A DNA stretch of 64,000 nt from Eledone cirrhosa (GCA_964016885.1 OZ024744.1:50654001-50718000), one strand, 5' to 3'; shown: positions 38,080 through 51,915, numbered from the stretch's first letter. A program made the numbers and translations. The notes: generated by a model from the letters alone, not told the origin.

Positions 38080-39800
38080 CCCAGGGTGGGAAGGACAAAT
38101 GTGGCAATTATTGTGACATATCACTTCTTTCAGTAGTTGGTAAAGTCACGTGTCGAATTTTGATGATAGTTTGGTATCAGGGGTTTCTCTGAATGTGTTG
38201 CCTGAGTCGCAGTGTGGGTTCAGAAATGAAAGAGGAACAGTGGATATGATCGTTTCTGTTCGGCAGCTGCAAGAGAATTATCGAACATTGTATGGACCTT
38301 TACCAGATCTTTGTTGACAAAGGCCTTTGACACCGTCAATCGAACTGCATTGTGGAAAATTTTGGAAAAGCTTGGATGCCCTCCAAAGTTTGTGAAGATT
38401 CTGTGTCTTTTTCATGATGACTTGGATCAGTATTGGCGGTAACATATCTGAGCCAATATCAGTTGAAAGTGGAGTGAAGCAGGGGGACATTCCGGCTCCA
38501 ACTCTGTTTTCCCTATATTTTACGATAGTGTTTCTCATGGCATTCAGGAAGAATTGTTCGCATGGGGTCTACATCAGGTATCACACTTCAGAAAGGTTGT
38601 TCAACATCAGGCTCTTTGGTGTAAGCACAAAGGTATTAACATCTATAATCCGAGAGTTTTTGTATGCAGATGACTGCGATATTTTTGCACACTCATAAAG
38701 TGACATGCAGCATATTATGAACTCTTTTTCTGAAGCTTGCAGCGCTTTGGGCCTCACAATAAGGTTGGAAAAAACTGTTGTGATGTATCAGCCAGCACCT
38801 GGAAAAGAGTAGACTACACCAACTGTGAACATGTACGGAAAGAGGCTAAAAGTTGCTGACAAGTTTGTGCACCTTGGTAGTACGCTGAACAACTCGTGCA
38901 CATGATGAAATATCCTTAAGAATCAAGACAGCCACTGATGCTTTTGGACGGCTGCATCAACGTTTATTGTCCAGATGAGGTATCACTATCGAAACCAAGG
39001 TGAAAGTGTATCTGACTTGTGTCGTCTTCTCTTTACTTTATGTTTGTGAAACGTGGATCACATACAGAAAGCACCTCAAGGATCTGGAGAGATTTCACCA
39101 ACAATCTCTTCATAAGTTACTTGGGTTGCGATGGAAAATGTTCGCTGGTGATTTGGAAGTTCTCGAACGGAGCAGGCGCATGGCTATAGAGAGCATAATC
39201 TTTCGGTACCGGTTGAGGTGGTGCAGTCACGTGGTCCGGATATCTGATGATTGCATTCCAAAGCAACTTCTCTACGGAGTACTGTGTGAAGGAAGGCGAC
39301 CACCACATAAACCAAAAATGCGGTACCGGGACTGTCAGGGGCACTTTGGCTTGTGCTGGAATTTCATATGACGAATGGAAGAAAATGGCTGAGGAGCGAG
39401 TGAAGAGGAGACGTTTCATCAAGTCAGGTAGTGAGCACTTTGAAACTCATCGGAGAGATCACCTTACACTGAAAATGAAAGTAAGGAAAGGAGACTGTTC
39501 TGAACTGCCTGCAGTTGAACATAATCTGGTTTGCCAGCACTGTCGTCGAGTCTGCTTGAGTAAAGCTGGTTTGACTAGACAAAGTCATATCAGTAGACCT
39601 CATGTAGGTTATGATCTGAAAAGACGCAAGGAATGTGTTAGCATGGGAAGTCTCAAAATACACTAGGACACACAGCCAGAACAAAGCAATGGAAAGTCCC
39701 GGAGGAGCCTACAGTTGCCATATATGTGCCAGGAGGTGCAAGTCTTTGGCTGTTTTAAAGACCCACACTCGTGCCTCACATTTTTGAGCATTTTATCAGG
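38080..39800 (+). mobile_element. Degraded RTE/BovB-like LINE
   Basis: Motifs VLPESQCGFR..RGTVDMI, KAFDTVNR-ALWKILEKLGCP, GVKQG--PAPTLFSLYF, FLYADDC, RLRW--HVVR...PKQLLYG, and C-terminal C2H2-like CQHCRRVCLSKAGL. A small fragment also lies at 52215-52520 (-). Confidence 0.85.
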
Positions 39801-40044
39801 CGATGGCAATGTTCGAACACGAGTTTGCAGCCATCATGTATGAGTGTGTGTGTACATATATATGAGTGTAAATGTGTGTACATATTCGTAAGTGTATGTG
39901 TGTAAGTATGCATGTGTATGTCTGTTTATATATACGTGAGTGTGTATGTATCTGTAGGTATGTGTGTGTGTGAGAGAGAGAGATCAACGTTACCAAATCT
40001 AGCTGCATGTGAGTGAAACACTTTTATGACAGAATTAAATTGAA

Positions 40045-42240
40045 ATCACCATTACCAGCATTATCAACACCATCACCACCACCACCACCATTACCAGCAT
40101 TATCAACACCATCACCACCATCACCACCATCACCACCACCACCACCACCATTACCAGCATTATCAACACCATCACCACCACCACCACCATTACCAGCATT
40201 ATCAACACCATCACCACCATCACCACCACCACCATCACCATTACCAGCATTATCAACACCATCACCACCACCACCACCATTACCAGCATTATCAACACCA
40301 TCACCACCATCACCACCACCACCATCACCATTACCAGCATTATCAACACCATCACCACCACCACCACCATTACCAGCATTATCAACACCATCACCACCAT
40401 CACCACCATCACCACCACCACCACCACCATTACCAGCATTATCAACACCATCACCACCACCACCACCATTACCAGCATTATCAACACCATCACCACCATC
40501 ACCACCACCACCATCACCATTACCAGCATTATCAACACCATCACCACCACCACCACCACCATTACCAGCATTATCAACACCATCACCACCATCACCACCA
40601 CCACCATCACCATTACCAGCATTATCAACACCATCACCACCACCACCACCATTACCAGCATTATCAACACCATCACCACCATCACCACCACCACCACCAC
40701 CATTACCAGCATTATCAACACCAACACCACCACCAGCATCACCACCATCACCACCACCACCATTACCAGCATTATCACCACCATCAACACCATCACCACC
40801 ACCACCACCATCACCACCACCAGCATCATCACCACCACCAGCATCACCACCACCACCACCATTACCAGCATTATCAACACCATCACCACCACCAGCATCA
40901 CCACCACCACCATCACCACCACCACCAGCATCACCACCACCACCACCACCATTACCAGCATTATCAACACCATCACCACCACCAGCATCACCACCACCAC
41001 CATCACCACCACCACCACCATTACCAGCATTATCAACACCAACACCACCACCAGCATCACCACCACCAACACCACCACCAGCATCACCACCACCACCACC
41101 ACCATTACCAGCATTATCAACACCATCACCACCACCAGCATCACCACCACCACCATCACCACCACCACCACCATTACCAGCATTATCAACACCAACACCA
41201 CCACCACCACCACCACCACCATCACCACCACCACCATCACCAACACCACCACCATCACCATCAACACCATCAACACCATCACCACCAACACCACCACCAC
41301 CACCAACACCACCACCAGCATCACCACCACCAACACCACCACCAGCATCACCACCACCACCACCACCATTACCAGCATTATCAACACCATCACCACCACC
41401 AGCATCACCACCACCACCATCACCACCACCACCACCATTACCAGCATTATCAACACCAACACCACCACCAGCATCACCACCACCAACACCACCACCAGCA
41501 TCACCACCACCACCACCACCATTACCAGCATTATCAACACCATCACCACCACCAGCATCACCACCACCACCATCACCACCACCACCACCATTACCAGCAT
41601 TATCAACACCAACACCACCACCACCACCATCACCACCACCACCATCACCACCACCACCACCATCACCATCAACACCATCAACACCATCACCACCAACACC
41701 ACCACCACCACCAACACCACCACCAACACCACCACCAGCATCACCACCACCATCACCACCAACACCATCAACACCATCACCACTACCAGCATTATCAACA
41801 GCATCACCATCACCACCATCAACACCATCACCATTACCAGCATTATCAACAGCATCACCACCACCACCACCAACACCATCACCACCACCACCACCACCAT
41901 CAACACCATCACCATTACCAGCATTATCAACAGCATCACCAGCATCACCACCAACACCATCAACACCACCACCATTACTAGCATTATCAACACCATCACC
42001 ACCACCACTATCACCACCATCACCATTACCAGCATTATCATCACCATCACCACCACCACTATCAACACCATCACCATTACCAGCATTATCAACACCATCA
42101 CCACGCCCAGCATCAACATCAACACCACCATCACCACCACCGGCATCAATACCATCACCACTATCAACCACCATTACAGCATCATCAACACCAACACTAA
42201 CTCAACCACCATTACCAACAAGTGAACCATAACCACCACT
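40045..42240 (+). repeat. 2.2-kb (CCA)n-based compound minisatellite
   Basis: Strict triplet register with the recurring cassette CCA TTA CCA GCA TTA TCA ACA CCA TCA between variable (CCA)n runs. Confidence 0.95.
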
Positions 42241-42443
42241 GCCTTTTCAAATACAAATACAATGATTAGTTTGAAATGTAGTCGTCCCAACGTAAATAAC
42301 TATAACAATAGTCGATCACTATAAATAGTTCATTTAGTAGGGCACCGTGTGTGTTTGAGACGGCTGGCACTATGTATTGCAGACAGAATCCATTCAACAG
42401 GTTTTCACAGTTTCTGTCTACCAAATTCCTTTCGCTGTGCATG

Positions 42444-44080
42444 GTTGGTCTATCACTGCGACACATGCTCAAGATCTGTCGTTGTTGGTCTATCACTGCG
42501 ACACATGCTCAAGATCTGTCGTTGTTGGTCTATCACTGCGACACATGCTCAAGATCTGTCGTTGTTGGTCTATCACTGCGACACATGCTCAAGATCTGTC
42601 GTTGTTGGTCTATCACTGCGACACATGCTCAAGATCTGTCGTTGTTGGTCCATCATTGCGACACATGCTCAAGATCTGTCGTTGTTGGTCTATCACTGCG
42701 ACACATGCTCAAGATCTGTCGTTGTTGGTCTATCACTGCGACACATGCTCAAGATCTGTCGTTGTTGGTCTATCACTGCGACACATGCTCAAGATCTGTC
42801 GTTGTTGGTCTATCACTGCGACACATGCTCAAGATCTGTCGTTGTTGGTCTATCACTGCGACACATGCTCAAGATCTGTCGTTGTTGGTCTATCACTGCG
42901 ACACATGCTCAAGATCTGTCGTTGTTGGTCTATCACTGCGACACATGCTCAAGATCTGTCGTTGTTGGTCTATCACTCCGACACATGCTCAAGATCTGTC
43001 GTTGTTGGTCTATCACTGCGACACATGCTCAAGATCTGTCGTTGTTGGTCTATCACTGCGACACATGCTCAAGATCTGTCGTTGTTGGTCTATCACTGCG
43101 ACACATGCTCAAGATCTGTCGTTGTTGGTCTATCACTGCGACACATGCTCAAGATCTGTCGTTGTTGGTCTATCACTGCGACACATGCTCAAGATCTGTC
43201 GTTGTTGGTCTATCACTCCGACACATGCTCAAGATCTGTCGTTGTTGGTCTATCACTGCGACACATGCTCAAGATCTGTCGTTGTTGGTCTATCACTGCG
43301 ACACATGCTCAAGATCTGTCGTTGTTGGTCTATCACTGCGACACATGCTCAAGATCTGTCGTTGTTGGTCTATCACTGCGACACATGCTCAAGATCTGTC
43401 GTTGTTGGTCTATCACTGCGACACATGCTCAAGATCTGTCGTTGTTGGTCTATCACTGCGACACATGCTCAAGATCTGTCGTTGTTGGTCTATCACTGCG
43501 ACACATGCTCAAGATCTGTCGTTGTTGGTCTATCACTGCGACACATGCTCAAGATCTGTCGTTGTTGGTCTATCACTGCGACACATGCTCAAGATCTGTC
43601 GTTGTTGGTCTATCACTGCGACACATGCTCAAGATCTGTCGTTGTTGGTCTATCACTGCGACACATGCTCAAGATCTGTCGTTGTTGGTCTATCACTGCG
43701 ACACATGCTCAAGATCTGTCGTTGTTGGTCTATCACTGCGACACATGCTCAAGATCTGTCGTTGTTGGTCTATCACTGCGACACATGCCCAAGATCTGTC
43801 GTTGTTGGTCTATCACTGCGACACATGCTCAAGATCTGTCGTTGTTGGTCTATCACTGCGACACATGCTCAAGATCTGTCGTTGTTGGTCTATCACTGCG
43901 ACACATGCCCAAGATCTGTCGTTGTTGGTCTATCACTGCGACACATGCTCAAGATCTGTCGTTGTTGGTCTATCACTGCGACACATGCCCAAGATCTGTC
44001 GTTGTTGGTCTATCACTGCGACACATGCTCAAGATCTGTCGTTGTTGGTCTATCACTGCGACACATGCTCAAGATCTGTC
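42444..44080 (+). repeat. 40-bp satellite, about 41 nearly identical tandem copies
   Basis: Unit gttgttggtctatcactgcgacacatgctcaagatctgtc; only a handful of substitutions; no spacers. Confidence 0.98.
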
Positions 44081-44355
44081 GCAGTGGTGTTGAACTCAGA
44101 ACCACGTAGTTGTGAGATGAACTCTTTAATCAAACTGACACACACACGCACACGCACACACACACACACACACTATCTATACACGTAATACATTTTGCAC
44201 TCAGATATACAGACAGATACAAAGATACACACACATACATATATATATATATGTATATATAGTGTGAGTGCGTGTTAACCTGTGGCATTGTAGTTTATAA
44301 ATACATAGATACAAACATGTATACAAGTATGTATGTTTGTATTTCTCTCTCTCTC

Positions 44356-44401
<46 letters not shown>

Positions 44402-44474
44402 TATCATATAGATAGTCTGACAGAAAACAAGTCTCTAATTTTCGCCCCCATTTATACACACACACTCACATATA

Positions 44475-44544
<70 letters not shown>

Positions 44545-44970
44545 TAGGACCCCCAATTCAAGAGAGAAACAGAGCAAATTATAATGGCGTCGTCACTATC
44601 TTTTAGAAGGCAACGTTCAGCTTTCGTCACTTGCTGGGAGTTAAAGGTTAGTAGGGGCTATCATTTGTAGTGGCGGTGGTGTGTGGAGTGAATTAGGTGG
44701 GATTGTCACATTTGGAGACATGTAGAAGTATGCCTGGCGGCTGTCCTACTCGTTACCACCAACATTAAAAACACGGCTACCCAAACCACACACCGGGTAT
44801 GAGTTAGTAAGCACCATATATGTATATACATATATATATATATATATTTAAATACACACACGCAGATATGTGTGTGTGTGTATATATATATGTATATATA
44901 TATAAATACACACACGCAGATATGTGTGTGTGTGTATATGTATATATATTTAAATACACACACGCAGATA

Positions 44971-45026
<56 letters not shown>

Positions 45027-45247
45027 TGCATACATACACAGATATGTGTGAGTGTATATATATATATATATATATATTTGTTACACTTTGGGAGGGTCAA
45101 GGTGTCAGTAAACACACACACACCAGTGAGTTTCACTTGTGTTTTACATTTAATCAGGTAACTAATTCACTATCCAGTTAATTTAGTAACCGGTTGGTTA
45201 TTTAATTGTAAATGAATATATACATATATATTAGGTCTGAACATAAT

Positions 45248-45434
45248 TGTTTCTACTTTAGGCACAAGGCCAGCAAAGACCCAGTGCATTACTGGTACTT
45301 TATTTTATCGAACCCGTAAGGATGAAAGGCAAAGTCAACCTCGGCAGGATTTGAACTCAGATCGTAAAGGGACGTAACTATGCTGGAAAGCATGGCGTCC
45401 GACCCTCTACCGATACTGCCAATCCACCGCCCTT
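45248..45434 (-). mobile_element. tRNA-derived SINE (family A) with 17-bp target-site duplication
   Basis: A-box-like tggcagtatcgg, B-box gagttcaaatcc, body gcctttcatccttacggg-tcgataaaataaagtaccag. TSD ttaggtctgaacataat at 45231-45247 and 45435-45451. Confidence 0.9.
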
Positions 45435-45830
45435 TTAGGTCTGAACATAATGTAATCAGATTCCCATTGTCACTGCCTTCGTCTCTCCCGCTCTCCCCAT
45501 CTCTCACTATAAGCAAATAGGGGCCCACGCGCTGGTAGCCCCGGCGGACAGAATAGAGAGGTCATTTTCCTGTAGACGCGTTGGAAGAGCCATTTCAACT
45601 CTCACATCTGCGGGTAGCCAACTCTGTGCCGATTGTGATGGGTAGGAATGTGGTCTTAGGGCCAAGGACACCGGAAGACTCCATTTAATTATCAAACATT
45701 TTGTCATACATTCTATGGCCTTCTCAATGACTATTTTGGCCACTTGTCTTTCCAGATTATGATAGTGTTTCAACACACGGTTTCACTTAGCCAATCTTGC
45801 AGAACAAAAACAATAACGATTTATAATAAA

Positions 45831-46780
45831 CAAGCAGAATGGCCCGGCGTTGCTCGGGATTCTAAACATAGATTGGCATGTTTATCCCTCCTTTCTGAAA
45901 CAGTAAAGTGAAGTACGGAATACCTCGGCCTGGGGATGGTATCTACATTTTGTGCTTATAAAAAGAATTCGTCGTAGATTACCAGGGGTTTAACTGAGAG
46001 TAAAATGTTCAACCCACGAAAGCCAAGATGATAGGGCTTAGTAAAAAGGCATTCGACAAACCGAACATGTATTTGTTGTGCTGTGGTACAATGAAAGCAA
46101 TAGTTACAGAGCAATAAGCATGTGGGGCTGCAGTGGTGGAGAGCATGAAGGAATTTAGTTGGACACTTTTAAGGTGGGCAAAAATTTGAAATCTTTTTCA
46201 GGCAAGCAAATTTGTGAAACATAAGTAATGCATATGGAAAGTTTTATAAAAATCGGTTGGGCACTTCTCGAGGTATAAGCAAATAGGGGCCCACGCGCTG
46301 GTGGCCCCGGCGGACAGAATAGAGAGGTCATTTTCCTGGAGACGCGTTGGAAGAGCCATTTCAACTCTCACACCTGCGGGTAGCCAACTCTGTGCCGATT
46401 GTGATGGGTAGGAATGTGGTCTTAAGGCCAAGGACACCGTTGCTTTAGGGCCCTAAAGCAACCAAAATGCTTTTAAGAATCGGTTTTTCGCCTAATGCGG
46501 TCCCTGGGGCAAAAAATGAGAAAATCCTTTTTAAACGACATAAATTTTGAAGAAATCGCCTGGATTATTGTTACGTTATGCCTCAAAATAGCCATTAAAG
46601 CCTAAAATATGCGGTTTTTCGCCTAATGCGGTCCCCTGGGCATTGAAAATTTGAAATATTTGTTGCTCAAAATACTCACACGACGATAAGTATTACATGT
46701 ATAAAGTTTGAAAAAAATCGGTATGGTGGTTCTCGAGTTTTAGGGAGACAGACAGACATTCTCTGTTTTATATATATAGA
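45831..46780 (-). mobile_element. Non-autonomous Helitron
   Basis: Minus strand begins A|TCTATATATATAAAA...(TGTC)n and ends with a subterminal hairpin CCCGagcaacgcCGGG followed by CTTG|T (CTRR-like). No TSD. Confidence 0.7.
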
Positions 46781-46964
46781 TATAGTTATACAGTACCAAC
46801 CATATATTAAAAAATATCCTTTTTTAATATAAACGGAATTGTATTTTGTTATATATATATATATAGTTGACATCATATGTTTATGTATTACAGGTAACAA
46901 AATAAAATTCCGTTTATATTAAAAAATAAGGATATATATATCCACTTTTCTAAAAGAAAAAAAA

Positions 46965-47200
46965 AATCATACTCAAAACGCCAGCACCAACAGTTTTCCA
47001 AGAGATGTCAACATGAATGGACCTGTTATTTTTTATCTAAAGACATTTTTTTCCAATTCCAACCCGCCCATCCTTTCAATCTATCTTATTCCTCATTCTT
47101 TCTTCCGATGAAGGACTAGCGTCCGAAACGTCAAGACTCTCTTCCTTTCATATACTATACTGATTGTGTTGTTATTTCTGTTTACCTTTTACACACGCAC
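46965..47200 (+). mobile_element. Solo pseudo-LTR of the Penelope family at 27040-29400
   Basis: ccaacagttttccaagagatg-caacatgaatggacctgttattttt is the reverse complement of 27201-27255 and is followed by the same hammerhead motif. Confidence 0.75.
47101..47136 (+). ncRNA. Minimal hammerhead ribozyme, U4C variant copy
   Basis: TCTT-CCGATGA-A-GGAC tagc GTCC-GAAA-CG-TC^AAGA. The sister copy at 27098-27133 (-) has CTGATGA but GAAA>AAAA. Confidence 0.7.
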
Positions 47201-48476
47201 ACGTGACTAGAACTGTTTCATTTTTTTGAAATCAACAGGAAAGTCATTCCTGATTATTTCAGATTTAAAGTTCTGTATGTACATGTGTGTGTTTTATTTG
47301 GTGGTTGATTTGCTTGTGTTGGACGTTGCTTTATTGTATTAAAAGTTTTTTGAGGCCGAATAAAATGTATTTGTGTGGTGGGTCTTGGTTGGTTTAGGTT
47401 TGTAATATTCGTTTATTATTATTCTGTTGTTGGGTAGGGTTGTAAGAGAACATTTTATATGTATATCCAAAACTGAATGGCGCTCAGGACAAAGTAAAGA
47501 CAACAGGGGAAAAAAAGAATGGAAAAACTGTCAGTCCATTCTCATCAGTTAATCTCTGGAAATCACTCTAGTTTCAGTGATAGTAGTGTTTTTTTTGTTG
47601 TTTTTTTTTTTTATCAAACTGATGAATCTCCGAATATATTTAGTCCAAACCATGAAAAACATTAAAAAAACCCATCTCTTTTCCCCCCTTTCATTTCACT
47701 TCCACTCTCTTTTCTTCATATTCTATTCTATTTCCGTTCCTGCCAATGGCGACTCACTTCTCTCAAACATCATTACTCTATTCTCACTTATAAAAAGAAA
47801 GGACGACAACTCATATACACGTTCCTACCCACATCTTTGCTTTCATTTGCAGATATTTCACCCCACCGTCTTTTTTATTGGGGGAGGGGGTTATCAAACT
47901 GCTCGAAACCACCGACTATATAAAACTGTTTCAAAGTTTATATTTATTTAAAAACCATCCATCGTAATTTCATGTAAACACCTTTAAGTTGTGTTCCAAA
48001 CAGCAGCTTAACAGTGAGAAAGTTATTTCACTAAATCTCTCCGAATTCTTTGTAAACTATTGTGGTAACCAAAAACAATACGGTAACGAAAGTGTTAATA
48101 TCGAAGAAGTCAGTTATTTTTTTTTTAAATCCCTCCCAATTCTGGCTTACATATGGGAAGCTCTTGAGTCGGTTTGTGTCCATCTTCTGAAGGCCCCCAA
48201 GGTGTATACTGTTAGAATATTTGCTACTACCGAGATATGCATCCCTTTGTCACTCTCTCTTGCTCTTCTCTCTCGCTCTCTTACTCTCTCTCTCGCTCTT
48301 CTCTTTCACTTGCTCTCCTCTCTCTCTTTCTCTTGCTCTTCCCTCTCTCTTTCTCTTGCTCTTCCCTCTCTCTTGCTGCCCTCTCTCTCTGTTAAATACC
48401 TTCAGGCCAAAATGCCTGTCTCCGTTGTGTTATCAACACCTCGCACAAACACACTCAGTCTACCACTCTCTCTGTC

Positions 48477-48507
<31 letters not shown>

Positions 48508-48637
48508 CCTCTAACTCCCTCCCAACATACACACACACTCCGTCACGCAAATACGTATTCTCCCGTTCTCTCTCTTCCCTCCACCTCTTACGCCCCCCTC
48601 CACAAGCACTCACTCTTTTCCTCTCATTTACACATTC

Positions 48638-48671
<34 letters not shown>

Positions 48672-48949
48672 ACCCTCTCGGTTAAATGCCCTCCAGGCCC
48701 AAATCTGTCTAGGTCCTGCTATCAACACCCATTCCTGTTATCAACACCCAGTCTTGCTATCTTTAAGTACCTGTCGTATATCCACAATTAATGGTCTCTT
48801 ATATTAACAGCATGATTTATTTAAATTTATTATCAACTAGGAAGAAGAACTTGCTAGAACAAATGATGTCAGTGTTGGACCTCCGTTGGTTTCCACGACG
48901 AGCGTTCTAGTTGATTCCATTAACCGAGGAGAAGGAGGAAGAAAAAGAA

Positions 48950-49076
48950 TGAATATATATGTATATACAAGCTTGTGTATGTATATGTGTATATATATAT
49001 ATGTGTGTGTGTGTATCTATAAACATGTTTCTGTATGTATATATATAAATATCTATTATATATGTGTATCTGTATA

Positions 49077-49118
<42 letters not shown>

Positions 49119-51113
49119 CAATGTATGTACATATACAATGTATATACATATGTATATGTATGTATGTATGTATATGTATATATAAATGTAAGTATGTATG
49201 TGTATATATATATGTATTTATATAAATATATATATATATATATATGTATATGTGTATATATATATGTATGTAAATGTGTATATATATGTATGTAAATGTG
49301 TATATATATGTATGTATATGTGTATATATATGTATGTATATGTGTATATATATGTATGTATATGTGTATATATATGTATGTATATGTGTATATATATATG
49401 TATGTATATGTGTATATATATATGTATGTATATGTGTATATATATATGTATGTATATGTGTATATATATATGTATGTATATGTGTATATATATATGTATG
49501 TATATGTGTATATATATATGTATGTGTATGTGTATATATATATGTATATATATGTATGTATATGTGTATATATATATGTATGTATATGTGTATATATATA
49601 TGTATGTATATGTGTATATATATATGTATGTATATGTGTATATATATATGTATGTATGTGTATATATATATGTATGTATGTGTATATATATATGTATGTA
49701 TGTGTATATATATATGTATGTATGTGTATATATATATGTATGTATGTGTATATATATATGTATGTATGTGTATATATATATGTATGTATGTGTATATATA
49801 TATGTATGTATGTGTATATATATATGTATGTATGTGTATATATATATGTATGTATGTGTATATATATATGTATGTATGTGTGTATATATATGTATGTATG
49901 TGTGTATATATATATATGTATGTGTGTATATATATATATGTATGTGTGTATATATATATATATGTATGTGTGTATATATATATATATGTATGTGTATATA
50001 TATATATATATGTATGTGTATATATATATATATATGTATGTGTATATATATATATATATGTATGTGTATATATATATATGTGTGTATATATATATATATG
50101 TATGTGTATATATATATATATGTATGTGTATATATATATATGTATGTGTATATATATATATGTATGTGTATATATATATATATATATGTATGTGTATATA
50201 TATATATGTATGTGTATATATATATATATATATGTATGTGTATATATATATATATGTATGTGTATATATATATATATGTATGTGTATATATATATATATG
50301 TATGTGTATATATATATGTATGTGTATATATATATATGTGTATATATATATATATGTATGTGTATATATATATATATGTATGTGTATATATATATATATA
50401 TGTATGTGTATATATATGTATGTATGTGTATATATATGTATGTATGTGTATATATATATATATGTATGTATGTGTATATATATATATGTATGTATGTGTA
50501 TATATATATGTATGTATGTGTATATATATATATATGTATGTATGTGTATATATATATATATGTATGTATGTGTATATATATATATATGTATGTATGTGTA
50601 TATATATATGTATGTATGTATGTGTATATATATATGTATGTATGTGTATATATATATATGTATGTGTATATATATATGTATGTATGTGTATATATATATG
50701 TATGTGTATATATGTATGTATGTGTATATATGTATGTATGTGTATATATATATATGTATGTATGTGTATATATATGTATATGTGTATATATATATATATA
50801 TGTATATGTGTATATATATATATATATGTATGTATATGTGTATATATATATATATATGTATGTATATGTATATGTATGTATGTGTATATATATATATGTA
50901 TGTATATGTGTATGTATGTATATGTGTATATATATATATGTATGTATGTGTATATATATATATGTATGTATGTGTATATATATATATGTATGTATGTATA
51001 TGTGTATATATATATGTATGTATGTGTATATATATATATGTATGTATGTATATGTGTATATATATATGTATGTATGTATATGTGTATATGTATGTGTGTA
51101 TATATATATATAT
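48950..51113. repeat. Long (TA)n/(TATG)n compound microsatellite
   Basis: Over 2 kb of TA/TG dinucleotides. Smaller tracts at 30800-30950, 31460-31590, 37320-37383, 44800-45080 and 53193-53606. Confidence 0.97.
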
Positions 51114-51467
51114 TAAAGTATTGATCAATACGTAAAATTATTAATCATATTGTCTGACAAATGAATAGGTCAGCCCTGCTGTTTTATAATTTAAGAATTT
51201 TCATTAGGAGCAGTAATACAATAATTCAAGGATAAGAAATTGTCTAGGCAAAATGTATCTACATGTGTGTTTGCATGTTTCTATAGGCGCAGTGACATAA
51301 GAATATCTGAAAGTAAGCTAATCGGCTTACAGAAACGTTTTGAAAGATCAATTTTTACCTGTGTATGTACGTATATGGATGCGTGTATGTATTTATTTAA
51401 TTTCAATTACCTCTGTATTTTATTTACTTTATTAACTCTGAAGCCGAGAATCATTCGGTTTCCTAGT

Positions 51468-51915
51468 TAGAATTTTAGTCTACGATTTCAGTTATACCAT
51501 ATACGTGGTTTTCTCTTTGCGTATAATTGTTCTCAACGCTCCACATATCATTATCGTTTTTTCCACGTATTATCTTCGTTTTTTCCGTTCATTGCCAGAG
51601 TACGTCTCTATGAACCACCTTAGAGAATATTAGTCTACGACTTATTTTATACCATAAACGTGGTTTTGTCTTTGCGTATAATTGTTTTCACCGCTCCAAA
51701 TAATGACGTATTATCTTCGTTTTTTTTTCGTTCTTTGCCAGGGAACGTTTCTACGAACCAAAGTATCGTCTGCCTGTCTTCCTTCGGTTGCAACGTTTTT
51801 CGAAATATTTACTTCTGCGTTGACAGATTGATTTTTTTTTTAGTTTCAGAAGATCCCGTTAAGGGTGAAAGCAGCGATTCTTTGCTTAAACTTTAATCTG
51901 TTATTTTAATAAATA
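51468..51915 (+). mobile_element. Retroelement terminal repeat (two ~150-bp subunits then a hammerhead-like motif); inverted partner at 52540-52890
   Basis: 51640-51915 is close to the reverse complement of 52625-52890. The subunit tagtctacga...ttataccata-acgtggtttt-tctttgcgtataattgtt is duplicated internally. Confidence 0.65.

Noticed and set aside
40013-42232. Extensin/formin-like 739-aa or Gly-rich 716-aa protein
   Set aside because: Pure triplet-repeat codon usage (almost only NCA/TTA), no signal peptide, no convincing splice sites; open frames are expected for such a repeat.
42444-44080. CRISPR-like regular array and 580-600 aa ORFs
   Set aside because: Units are contiguous and identical with no unique spacers and no cas genes, in a eukaryotic intron. 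The ORFs arise only because the 40-bp unit has no stop on the + strand.
47989-48807. 272-aa ORF
   Set aside because: TTG start, dominated by (CT)n/(CA)n microsatellite translation, no domain.
49198-51135. 600+ aa Y/I/M/C/V ORFs
   Set aside because: Translations of a TA/TG microsatellite.
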